Below, piece after piece: positions 9,178-15,860 of a DNA stretch of 24,000 bases. Made by a program: the position numbers and the translations under genes. The stretch's first letter is position 1; each line of letters opens with the position of its first letter. This stretch comes from Candidatus Saccharimonadales bacterium (lineage in GTDB: Bacteria; Patescibacteriota; Saccharimonadia; UBA4664; SCTI01), in contig JASLFZ010000061.1 of NCBI GenBank assembly GCA_030150485.1, forward strand, positions 1-24,000, read 5' to 3'. The notes beneath the pieces were generated by a model that had not been told where the DNA came from, made no database searches, and saw only the letters and a program-made list of their open reading frames with translations.

Positions 9178-9633
9178 TTAGCTAGGCCGTGGCACCTGGT
9201 TGATCTCGAGCTGTATGGCTTCACGAAGCTCGGCAACCAGGTGGTCTTTTTGCCGCCGCGAGTAACTTTCGTGCTTATCCAGCCATTCGATCACATGATG
9301 TGAGGTGAGGCTCACCAATACGGGTATCTTTGGCCATTTACGTCGAGGTATGAGCAGCTGGCTAACCTCGAATTTCTGCCCATTGTGCGAGGCAAATACA
9401 AGTATCTCGATGTCGTGCCTCCAATCACTCTTTGGGGCTTCCCCCAGAAGAGTGAGCTGCGCCATATACAGCGGAAGGGGCCAGGAGAAGTCGGCCACTT
9501 GCTTCACAGAGACAAATAGCTCCACTGTCGAATTGAGAGACGGCATTACAGCTTTGTTGCCTGATACTATCTGATTCGTCATGTCAATGCTCCCTTGGGA
9601 GGATGGGTAGGTAATCAACCATTCAACTGCCAT
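9178..9633 (-). CDS. Hypothetical protein, 151 aa from ATG 9633 or 134 aa from ATG 9582
   Basis: The open frame comes from the ORF track. The ATG at 9582 has the SD AGGGAG with a 7-nt spacer. The ATG at 9633 lies 17 nt after a perfect extended -10. I recognise no family and see no TM segment. The local sequence looks more AT-rich than the flanking genes (by eye, not computed). Confidence 0.6.
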   Translation of the reverse strand: MAVEWLITYPSSQGSIDMTNQIVSGNKAVMPSLNSTVELFVSVKQVADFSWPLPLYMAQLTLLGEAPKSDWRHDIEILVFASHNGQKFEVSQLLIPRRKWPKIPVLVSLTSHHVIEWLDKHESYSRRQKDHLVAELREAIQLEINQVPRPS

Positions 9634-9650
9634 ATGGCAGGAATATCTAT

Positions 9651-9679
9651 ATTATAGCACTATTCATTAATAATATCAA
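9651..9679 (-). promoter_or_regulatory. Strong sigma70-type promoter for the orphan cassette (-35 TTGATA, N17 with TGn, -10 TATAAT)
   Basis: Minus strand reads TTGATA (9679-9674), a 17-nt spacer ending TGC, then TATAAT (9656-9651). The -35 lies inside the last truB codons. Confidence 0.6.
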
Positions 9680-10397
9680 GCAATACGTTGATAGGAGTTG
9701 TAAGGCTTGCTGCGCTGACGGATTCAAGGGTGGCCGCCTGGCTAATATCATAGCTGCCTACTTGTGTACGGCGCAGACTGCTCAAATAGGCACCAGTTGA
9801 CAGCTGCGTGCCGATATCCTCCCCCAATGTACGGATATAGGTTCCGCTGGAGACGCTGGCCTCAAACCTGACATGGGGGTAAGTGTAATCCAGCAGCTTA
9901 ATAGCGTGGATGGTCACGCGGCGGGGTGGCATTTCGACGGTCTTACCCTGGCGAGCCAGCTTGTAGGCCCGCACACCGTTGATCTTAATAGCCGAGTACT
10001 GGTTAGGCGTTTGGGTAATTTCACCGGTAAAGTACTCTAAAGCGGCTGTAACCTCCTTTTGAGTAGGCTGGCGGTCCGAAACGGGGGTCAACTCCCCTTC
10101 GGCGTCTCCGGTGCTCGAGTTCGCGCCGAGCGTCATTTCAGCTACATAGGTTTTATCGAGACCGACCAGCTGGCTGGCCTGCTTAGTAGCCGAGCCCAAC
10201 AGCATTAGCATCAGGCCGGTTGCCATTGGGTCGAGCGTACCCGCATGGCCAATTTTACGGACGCCGGTCTGACGACGCAGTGCCCGAACAATGTCGAACG
10301 AGCTAATACCAGATGGTTTATCAATCAAGAGGAGGCCACTCGGCCCTAGAGTCGCAGGTATCGGCTTAATACTCAAATTCGTCGAGGCGCTGGGCAA
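9660..10397 (-). CDS. truB: tRNA pseudouridine(55) synthase TruB
   Basis: 245 aa. LLLIDKPSGISSFDIV and GHAGTLDPMATGLMLM with the catalytic Asp motif. The only in-frame start candidate in the track is the TTG at 10397. Overlaps the upstream DHH gene end by 32 nt. Confidence 0.9.
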   Translation of the reverse strand: MPSASTNLSIKPIPATLGPSGLLLIDKPSGISSFDIVRALRRQTGVRKIGHAGTLDPMATGLMLMLLGSATKQASQLVGLDKTYVAEMTLGANSSTGDAEGELTPVSDRQPTQKEVTAALEYFTGEITQTPNQYSAIKINGVRAYKLARQGKTVEMPPRRVTIHAIKLLDYTYPHVRFEASVSSGTYIRTLGEDIGTQLSTGAYLSSLRRTQVGSYDISQAATLESVSAASLTTPINVLLDIINE

Positions 10398-11814
10398 ACA
10401 TGGGGTTGTTGGTCGGGTTGGTGGGCTTAGCTGGCTGGACAGGGCGAGCCGGGCGACGATCGCTGGTGTCGTTGATGAGTGGCTCCGGCTCGGTGGTCAT
10501 GAGCGGGTTAGCTGGGTGACTCGAGGAGTTCGCAGCGGGACGCTCATTCTCGATGTGCTGCGGAGGCAGGAGCTCTTCCAGGGCGGACGATTCGGCCTCG
10601 GCCTCTTGAGGCGACGATGGTACGGCCGGCACGGGGAACTCGGGCTGGTTGGGCTCAGAATCGGACTGCTTAGGCGCCTCGGGTGCGGGTTCTGGTGATG
10701 GTGTGGGGGCAGGCTGCGCTACGGGAGCGGCCGGAAGCTCCGGTTGGTCGTAGCTAGGCGCCGAAGGCAAGGTCGGTTGAGATACCGGTGCCGGTTGTGG
10801 CTCCGGGTCAGCTGGCTGAATCGGCTGAGGACGCGGGGTAGGCGGCTGCGATGGAGCCTGAGACTGAGATTGCGGTGCAGGCGCAAAGGGCTGCGGCTGT
10901 CTTTGGAACATAGGGGCCTCCGGTGATTGGGTTGGTTGGGACGAGCTAGCCGCTTGGGCTACGGGACGCGATTCGCGGTCCTGATTGCGGTTACGCGTCG
11001 GAGCAGATGATTGCGGCGCCGGTCGCTTATCGCGATCAGCCCGCTCGCGCTCGGTGCGCTCTCGGTAGAGACCTTTGACGATCTTTTGTTGGTCGGCGCC
11101 CATAGCGAGCATCTGGGCGGCCACGGTCATGGTTTTGGCGGTAGTGTGGGTCGCGGTAAAGCGATCGGTTGCGGCCATAATACCGGTCAACATAGTTGTA
11201 GCGATTTGCTCATCGATAAGGCCATTCTGGAGCGACTCCGAGAGCGCAATTAAAATTTCAGCCAAGCTGGCAGCTGAGGTCTCTACCAGGTTGATGGCAC
11301 CATACTGTTCATTAATGCGGTGAAAATCGATGTTGGCGAGCGGGATTTTGCGCAAAAGCTCGGCGTTCTGCGCGTACACCTTATCGATACGACTGTAGGA
11401 TGCTACTCCGAGCACGATAATGAGGTCAAACTGGTACTCGCCAAAGGCGTAACCCATATCGCGCGGGCCAAAACTGCCAGCAAAGGGAGTGATGTGGATA
11501 TTGAGCTTCCCCTCTTCGATGGTGTACTTAAGCTTATCAACCTCGGCGTGGCCTAAATCGACTTGCACGATAAAATCGCGCAGGCCACCAAGCGTGCGCT
11601 CAATCAGGTTGGTAGACAAAAACTTGGTACCGGCCGGAATGTCATCGCTGATGACGGCCGTGACTTTTTTGCCATATTTCCGCAGGAGAGCTGATAGCGC
11701 AATAGTCGAAGCCACCTGGTCGATTGACGGGTGTTGACCGGTCATAATCAGGATGGTTTCGGCTTGGCGGATCGCCTCCGACGTTTGTTGTTTGGGAGTT
11801 AGTTCTTTATCCAT
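10366..11814 (-). CDS. DHH-family (NrnA-like) domain protein with degenerate catalytic motifs and a roughly 230-aa Pro/Gln/Ala-rich C-terminal tail
   Basis: 482 aa. The N-terminal 250 aa or so align by eye to the DHH motifs, all altered:
- Motif I: QHPSIDQVAST
- Motif II: IIVLGVAS
- Motif III: NIDFHRIN
- Motif IV: GIMAATDRFT
There is no DHHA1 GGGH motif. The tail is PAPQSSAPTRN...PQPIQPADPEPQPAPV... Confidence 0.8.
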   Translation of the reverse strand: MDKELTPKQQTSEAIRQAETILIMTGQHPSIDQVASTIALSALLRKYGKKVTAVISDDIPAGTKFLSTNLIERTLGGLRDFIVQVDLGHAEVDKLKYTIEEGKLNIHITPFAGSFGPRDMGYAFGEYQFDLIIVLGVASYSRIDKVYAQNAELLRKIPLANIDFHRINEQYGAINLVETSAASLAEILIALSESLQNGLIDEQIATTMLTGIMAATDRFTATHTTAKTMTVAAQMLAMGADQQKIVKGLYRERTERERADRDKRPAPQSSAPTRNRNQDRESRPVAQAASSSQPTQSPEAPMFQRQPQPFAPAPQSQSQAPSQPPTPRPQPIQPADPEPQPAPVSQPTLPSAPSYDQPELPAAPVAQPAPTPSPEPAPEAPKQSDSEPNQPEFPVPAVPSSPQEAEAESSALEELLPPQHIENERPAANSSSHPANPLMTTEPEPLINDTSDRRPARPVQPAKPTNPTNNPMFAQRLDEFEY

Positions 11815-11909
11815 ACTTGACTCTGGGAATTATTTATTTTATCAAGAAAGTCCCTATCTGTCAATACCTGGACGCTGCTTATGGTTTTTAGGTGTTCGCA
11901 GGCTCCTGC

Positions 11910-11938
11910 TTTACAAGCCGGCTTAGATGCGCTAAAAT
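11910..11938 (+). promoter_or_regulatory. Putative rpsT promoter (-35 TTTACA, N17, -10 TAAAAT)
   Basis: TTTACA at 11910-11915, spacer 11916-11932, TAAAAT at 11933-11938. The ATG at 11949 is 10 nt downstream and has no SD. Confidence 0.55.
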
Positions 11939-11948
11939 CTCATCTGTT

Positions 11949-12317
11949 ATGCCGATTATTGCATCCGCCATTAAACGAGTCCGCCAGCAGGCCAAGCGTC
12001 GCAGCCGCAACCTGCAGGTTAAGCGTGCCATCCACAACGATGTGCGCGCCTTTACGGATGCGGTCGCAACTGGCGACGCGAAAGTAATTAGCGAGACGCT
12101 GGTCGCCGCCATCAGCGAGATTGACCGAGCGGTTAAAAAGGGTACGATTCACCGTAACACCGCCGGGCGGCGTAAGTCGCAGCTGCAAAAGCTAGCCAAC
12201 AGTGCCCAGAGCGAAGCGCCCACCAAGCCAGCCCCTAAGGCTAAACCCGCTACTAAAGCTAAGGCCGCGGCCAAGCCGAAAGCCAAACCAAAGGCCAAAA
12301 CGGCTAAATCCTCTTAA
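11949..12317 (+). CDS. rpsT: 30S ribosomal protein S20 with a Lys/Ala/Pro-rich C-terminal tail
   Basis: MPIIASAIKRVRQQAKRRSRNLQVKRA... is a canonical S20 N-terminus. The tail is APTKPAPKAKPATKAKAAAKPKAKPKAKTAKSS. The track start at 11892 adds 19 non-conserved residues. Confidence 0.9.
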   Translation: MPIIASAIKRVRQQAKRRSRNLQVKRAIHNDVRAFTDAVATGDAKVISETLVAAISEIDRAVKKGTIHRNTAGRRKSQLQKLANSAQSEAPTKPAPKAKPATKAKAAAKPKAKPKAKTAKSS

Positions 12318-12343
12318 AACCCGGTCACGCGACCGGGTTTTTT
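12318..12343 (+). terminator. Rho-independent terminator of rpsT
   Basis: Stem cccggtc (12320-12326) / gaccggg (12331-12337), loop acgc, followed by TTTTTT (12338-12343) and preceded by AAAA. Confidence 0.8.
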
Positions 12344-12357
12344 GATAGACTAATGGC

Positions 12358-12552
12358 ATGAAGGCGACCGCTGATACCCTACGAGCACAGATTATAGAAC
12401 GCAGCGAGACGCTGGCCGAGCACGTTAAGCTGCTGCGTGACTACGCCACCACCCCAGATAATGTGTGGCTCGCGCGCGGTGAGCTTAATCATATTAGTGA
12501 GTATGTCGGCGAGCTCGAGGGGCTACTAACTCAGCTCAAGCAGGCCGATTAA
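12358..12552 (+). CDS. Hypothetical 64-aa helical protein
   Basis: MKATADTLRAQIIERSETLAEHVKLLRDY... A -10-like TAGACT (12346-12351) sits exactly 6 nt upstream of the ATG and there is no SD. Its stop shares the tetranucleotide TTAA (12549-12552) with the convergent holA stop. Confidence 0.45.
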   Translation: MKATADTLRAQIIERSETLAEHVKLLRDYATTPDNVWLARGELNHISEYVGELEGLLTQLKQAD

Positions 12553-13484
12553 GCGGCCACCTTGCCCGCAACATCATAAATAAGCTGCTCAACCAGTATA
12601 TCGGCCGAGCCGGCACCCGACTTAATGCGATAATCGGTATCTACTGCCTGCAAAAAGGCGGCTTTTAGGCAGTCTTTATCAAGAGCATGCCGGTGAGACA
12701 GCATTTTGCCGGCCACAAATGGCGACATGGCGGCGGTTTTCGCCAAGACGGCCGGGGTGGTATCCCCCGCAACTTTAGCGAACAACAGGTTACGCAGCTG
12801 CCAAATCACCATGCTCAACATGTACATTTCATTAAGTCCGTCGTCACGCAGCTGGCGATATAGCCGCGAGGCGACCGCCAGCTTGCCAGCGGTCATGGCC
12901 TCTACCAGGTTAAAGATGGTTTCGGAGTGGCCCTCCTCCACCATATCGCCGACGTCCTCTGCGGTAATCGGCGAGGCGTGGGCGGCCAGCTTGGCAATTT
13001 CGTTACTCAGACGCCACTGATCCTCGCCGGCCAGATCAAGCAAGCGCCCCACAGCGGGGCGCTCGATGGTAGCACCGGCCGCTGCGGCCTGGCGCACCAC
13101 CCACTGATGGAGCTTAGGGGTAGTAAGCGGCTCAAACTTAATGGGTTTTGCGATCTTGGTGAGAGCTTTAAAGTAGGCTGTGCGCTGATCGGCGGCGGCA
13201 TCGTAGAATACCGCTACGGTAGTTTCGGGGACGTCCTCGAGGTACTTTGCAATCTGCGGCGCCACCACTTTATTAGTACCCAGAGCCTCAATAATGACCA
13301 GCCGGCTGGTAGTCAAAAAAGGAGCTGCCTGCAGTGCGCCAACCAGTTCGTCGGCCTTGAGCTTGGCCCCATCGAGTCGCTCGAGGCCTAAATCACCGCC
13401 GGTTTTCTTGCGGTATTCGGCGGTCAGCTTGGCGAGCTGCTGGCGGGCAGCATAGGTGTTAGGGCCATAAAAAAACAGGATCAT
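12549..13484 (-). CDS. holA: DNA polymerase III delta subunit
   Basis: 311 aa. MILFFYGPNTYAARQQLAKL... with typical HolA length and N-terminal pattern. The start overlaps the upstream stop as TAATG. Confidence 0.85.
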   Translation of the reverse strand: MILFFYGPNTYAARQQLAKLTAEYRKKTGGDLGLERLDGAKLKADELVGALQAAPFLTTSRLVIIEALGTNKVVAPQIAKYLEDVPETTVAVFYDAAADQRTAYFKALTKIAKPIKFEPLTTPKLHQWVVRQAAAAGATIERPAVGRLLDLAGEDQWRLSNEIAKLAAHASPITAEDVGDMVEEGHSETIFNLVEAMTAGKLAVASRLYRQLRDDGLNEMYMLSMVIWQLRNLLFAKVAGDTTPAVLAKTAAMSPFVAGKMLSHRHALDKDCLKAAFLQAVDTDYRIKSGAGSADILVEQLIYDVAGKVAA

Positions 13485-13816
13485 TACAGCTCGGTGTACT
13501 TTTTGGAGTTGCCTTTGGCTTTCTCTACTGGATATTTTGCGATATTTTTAGCCATTTTGTGCCGAGCGGCAGCTGGCAAATCAATATCGGCATCGTGACA
13601 GAACAGGAGCAGCCCGTAGAGAATGTCGGCAGCCTCGTCTTTAACGGCCTCAAGGTCACTGATGTCGTCATCCCATAAAAAGTGCTGGAGCAGCTCCCCC
13701 GACTCGACGCTGATCTGGGCGGCCAGGTTGCGTAAGCTATGAAACTGCTTCCAATCGCGCTTGTTTCTGAATTCCAGGATCTGGCGCTGGAAGTCGGCTA
13801 GTGAATCCCCCTGCAT
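13484..13816 (-). CDS. MazG-like nucleotide pyrophosphohydrolase
   Basis: MQGDSLADFQRQILEFRNKRDWKQFHSLRNLAAQISVESGELLQHFLW...EAADILYGLL shows the EXXE/E..D four-helix MazG pattern. I use the ATG at 13816, 4 nt after the fpg stop. The track start at 13876 is an extension into fpg. Confidence 0.85.
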   Translation of the reverse strand: MQGDSLADFQRQILEFRNKRDWKQFHSLRNLAAQISVESGELLQHFLWDDDISDLEAVKDEAADILYGLLLFCHDADIDLPAAARHKMAKNIAKYPVEKAKGNSKKYTEL

Positions 13817-13820
13817 AGAC

Positions 13821-14711
13821 CTATTGTAGCACCGAGCCTGGTGGCTTTTGGCAGCGTGGACAGAGATGGGTGCCACGGCCAGCCACGCGGGTTTTGATAA
13901 TTACGGTACCGCACACCGGGCAGGTTAGGCCCTGCCGTCGGAACACTCGGGAGTGATCGAAGTAGTTACCCTCGCCGCCGAGAGCGTTCACGTAGCTCGA
14001 AAAGCTGGTGCCACCGTATTTTATACCGAGAGCGATGATGGTCTTTATGGCCTCGTAGAGCCGTTTAACCTGGGCATTGGTAAGCTCGCCACAGGGAGTG
14101 GCTGGATGGATTTTAGCCAGATGGAGCGACTCATCGGCATAAATATTCCCGACACCCGCCACGGTAGATTGATCGAGAATAACGGCCTTAATGGGCGACC
14201 TGGGATGGCGCGCCAGCGTAGCAGCAAAACCTTTTAGCTCGAAGGCCTCGGTAAGGGGCTCGGGGCCAAGCCGGGCAATGAGGGTATCGCGTATGATTTC
14301 CGCGTCCGGAACCAGCTTAATCCAGCCAAAGATGCGCTGATCATTAAAATATAAGGTGCTGCCGTCGCTGAGGCGAAAGATAACCTTGGTGCTTTTATCA
14401 GGGAGTGTATCGGCCATACTCTTGGTGGGGTGCCCACCGGCATAGCGCTGGCCGTCAGCTTTGGCTAAAACCATCTGGCCGGTCATTTTAAGATGGAAAA
14501 GGAGACTGTAGCTGGTACTAAGGTGAATAATGAGGACTTTACCGCGACGATCGAGCCCGGTAATGGTGGCGCCAATGGCTTGAGCATCGGCCAGCTCGGC
14601 AGACGACTGGAATGATTTAGGATGCAGCACCTCGATATCGGTAATCTCCAGCCCGAGGGTCTTTTGCTCCAGCCCGAGGCGGATGGTTTCAACTTCTGGC
14701 AGTTCTGGCAT
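13821..14711 (-). CDS. mutM: Formamidopyrimidine-DNA glycosylase (Fpg/MutM)
   Basis: MPELPEVETIRLGL is the catalytic N-terminus (Pro2/Glu3). There is an H2TH region and a C-terminal zinc finger CPVCGTVIIKTRVAGRGTHLCPRCQ. The track start at 14912 is spurious. TACAAT (14723-14718) lies 6 nt upstream of the ATG at 14711. Confidence 0.92.
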   Translation of the reverse strand: MPELPEVETIRLGLEQKTLGLEITDIEVLHPKSFQSSAELADAQAIGATITGLDRRGKVLIIHLSTSYSLLFHLKMTGQMVLAKADGQRYAGGHPTKSMADTLPDKSTKVIFRLSDGSTLYFNDQRIFGWIKLVPDAEIIRDTLIARLGPEPLTEAFELKGFAATLARHPRSPIKAVILDQSTVAGVGNIYADESLHLAKIHPATPCGELTNAQVKRLYEAIKTIIALGIKYGGTSFSSYVNALGGEGNYFDHSRVFRRQGLTCPVCGTVIIKTRVAGRGTHLCPRCQKPPGSVLQ

Positions 14712-14739
14712 GGCACTATTGTAGCCTAAGCGTGCGAAC

Positions 14740-14770
14740 GGCGCGGGAATCTGGTTTAGATTCCCGCGCC
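14740..14770 (-). terminator. GC-rich perfect 12-bp hairpin, a putative terminator or insulator
   Basis: ggcgcgggaatc (14740-14751), loop tggttta, gattcccgcgcc (14759-14770). It lies 22 nt downstream of the stop of the 129-aa ORF and immediately upstream of the fpg -10. No U-tract follows. Confidence 0.55.
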
Positions 14771-14791
14771 GTGGAGTACAGCGATCTGATT

Positions 14792-15181
14792 TCAGGCGGC
14801 CAGCGGAAGTGGGTCGGCGACCGGTAGCGGGGCTACGTTGCTTGTGCGAACCTGGTCGGCTCGCTCGCGGATGAGGGCGACCGCCGGGGGAACCAGGAAG
14901 TTGATGGCCCATATGTGAAGCTGGGAGTCATCCTCCAGGATATCCCTGGTTGGCGGAATCGGTGCGAAGTCCGTCTGTGAGAGGTGCTCGGAAAGCAGTC
15001 CGAGTTCATCTCGAGACATTCTGCCTACCAGCCTTCGAGCGGCTGTTTCGAGGCCAAGTGTGTGCCCCCGAGTGATCCCAAGAGCCTCGTCCTCGAGGCA
15101 CTCGAATACGTCGTTGACGGGGTCGGTTGCGTGCAAAAGCTGGGGCCGTGAATCGGATCGTACTATGGTAAGGCCTGACAT
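14792..15181 (-). CDS. Hypothetical 129-aa protein
   Basis: ATG at 15181 with GAAAGG 8 nt upstream. I recognise no family. Sequence: MSGLTIVRSDSRPQLLHATDPVNDVFECLEDEALGITRGH... Confidence 0.5.
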   Translation of the reverse strand: MSGLTIVRSDSRPQLLHATDPVNDVFECLEDEALGITRGHTLGLETAARRLVGRMSRDELGLLSEHLSQTDFAPIPPTRDILEDDSQLHIWAINFLVPPAVALIRERADQVRTSNVAPLPVADPLPLAA

Positions 15182-15284
15182 GGTCGTTGCCTTTCTATCG
15201 AGTTGCCCTGCGTCATGCTCAGCTACTTCTTGTTATACGCTCAAGTAAGCATAAGCGCAATAACTCACATCTTGACGTGAAGGC

Positions 15285-15312
15285 TTGCAATCTATAGCGT
15301 AAGGAGTATCAT
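15285..15312 (+). promoter_or_regulatory. Putative promoter (-35 TTGCAA, N16, -10 TATCAT) for the 64/83-aa ORF pair
   Basis: TTGCAA at 15285-15290 and TATCAT at 15307-15312. It is divergent from the 129-aa ORF. Confidence 0.45.
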
Positions 15313-15353
15313 ACAAGCGTTCTTCACAACTTGGCTATCAAGGAGAAGTAGTC

Positions 15354-15548
15354 ATGGCGGCTAATGCTAGGGGGCTCTATCGCCTAACGGTAAGGATGAA
15401 TACCCTCGGTGTAAATTTGGTTCGCTGCCAGGATCCAAAGGGGCAAGAACGTATAAAGGCTCGAATTTTTGAGCTCAAAGCCCAATACGATCAACTGGAC
15501 AGAGAAGTTTACGAACAGCAAGTCGGAAAGCAGCTGCAAGCAGCATGA
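15354..15548 (+). CDS. Hypothetical 64-aa protein, helical and coiled-coil-like
   Basis: AAGGAG (15340-15345) with an 8-nt spacer before the ATG at 15354. Its stop overlaps the next start as ATGA (15545-15548). Confidence 0.55.
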   Translation: MAANARGLYRLTVRMNTLGVNLVRCQDPKGQERIKARIFELKAQYDQLDREVYEQQVGKQLQAA

Positions 15549-15796
15549 GTGCCATCGAAACACTGGTTCGATTCACAGGCTCACGCCCAACAGCAACACT
15601 GAGCGTTGCCGGAGCAACCTGCGAGCGCATTCCTCTCGCAACCGCTCGAGCACGTCTCGGCGACCCGCAGCTGAGCGGAGGTGGCTTCCGCCTTGTGTGT
15701 TACAGCGCCGAGTCAGCCTCTTCGGTAGCTGGTCTACTCCAGGAGCTTCAGAAGCGAGGCGGTCTCACCGTTCTCCCAAGGAAGCTAACTCTCTAA
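15545..15796 (+). CDS. Hypothetical 83-aa protein
   Basis: Translationally coupled (ATGA) to the preceding ORF. I recognise no family. Sequence: MSAIETLVRFTGSRPTATLSVAGATCERIPLATARARLGDPQLSGGGFRLVCY... Confidence 0.45.
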   Translation: MSAIETLVRFTGSRPTATLSVAGATCERIPLATARARLGDPQLSGGGFRLVCYSAESASSVAGLLQELQKRGGLTVLPRKLTL

Positions 15797-15798
15797 CT

Positions 15799-15851
15799 CT
15801 GCCGAGGCTCTCGGCAGTCCGCAGGATCTCACTTGGTGAGGTCCTGCGGAC
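15799..15851. terminator. Two tandem hairpins between the convergent 83-aa ORF and polA, a putative bidirectional terminator
   Basis: Hairpin 1: ctgccga (15799-15805) / tcggcag (15811-15817). Hairpin 2: gtccgcagga (15817-15826) / tcctgcggac (15842-15851), with an inner ctcac/gtgag stem. Confidence 0.6.
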
Positions 15852-15860
15852 CTCACGCAA

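Noticed and set aside
9134-9181. Tiny plus-strand ORF ATGAAACATCACTTGTGCGCC... (about 15 codons) and the 7-codon minus-strand ORF MDPPKIR near 18927-18907.
   Set aside because: The first has no properly spaced SD, and the second has only a weak GAGGGA-like one. Both are too short to distinguish from chance.
10400-11000. Possible tandem DNA repeats or a CRISPR-like array in the repetitive-looking GC-rich stretch.
   Set aside because: The repetitiveness is at the amino-acid composition level (the Pro/Gln/Ala-rich tail of the DHH protein). There are no exact DNA direct repeats with spacers.
1819-11654. Other CUGAUGA heptamers: minus strand at 1819-1825, 4482-4488 and 5154-5160; plus strand at 11648-11654.
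   Set aside because: All lie inside conserved coding sequence (ftsK, rnj, rnj, DHH antisense). None has a stem II hairpin followed by GAAA, or a stem III/NUH partner. They are not hammerheads.
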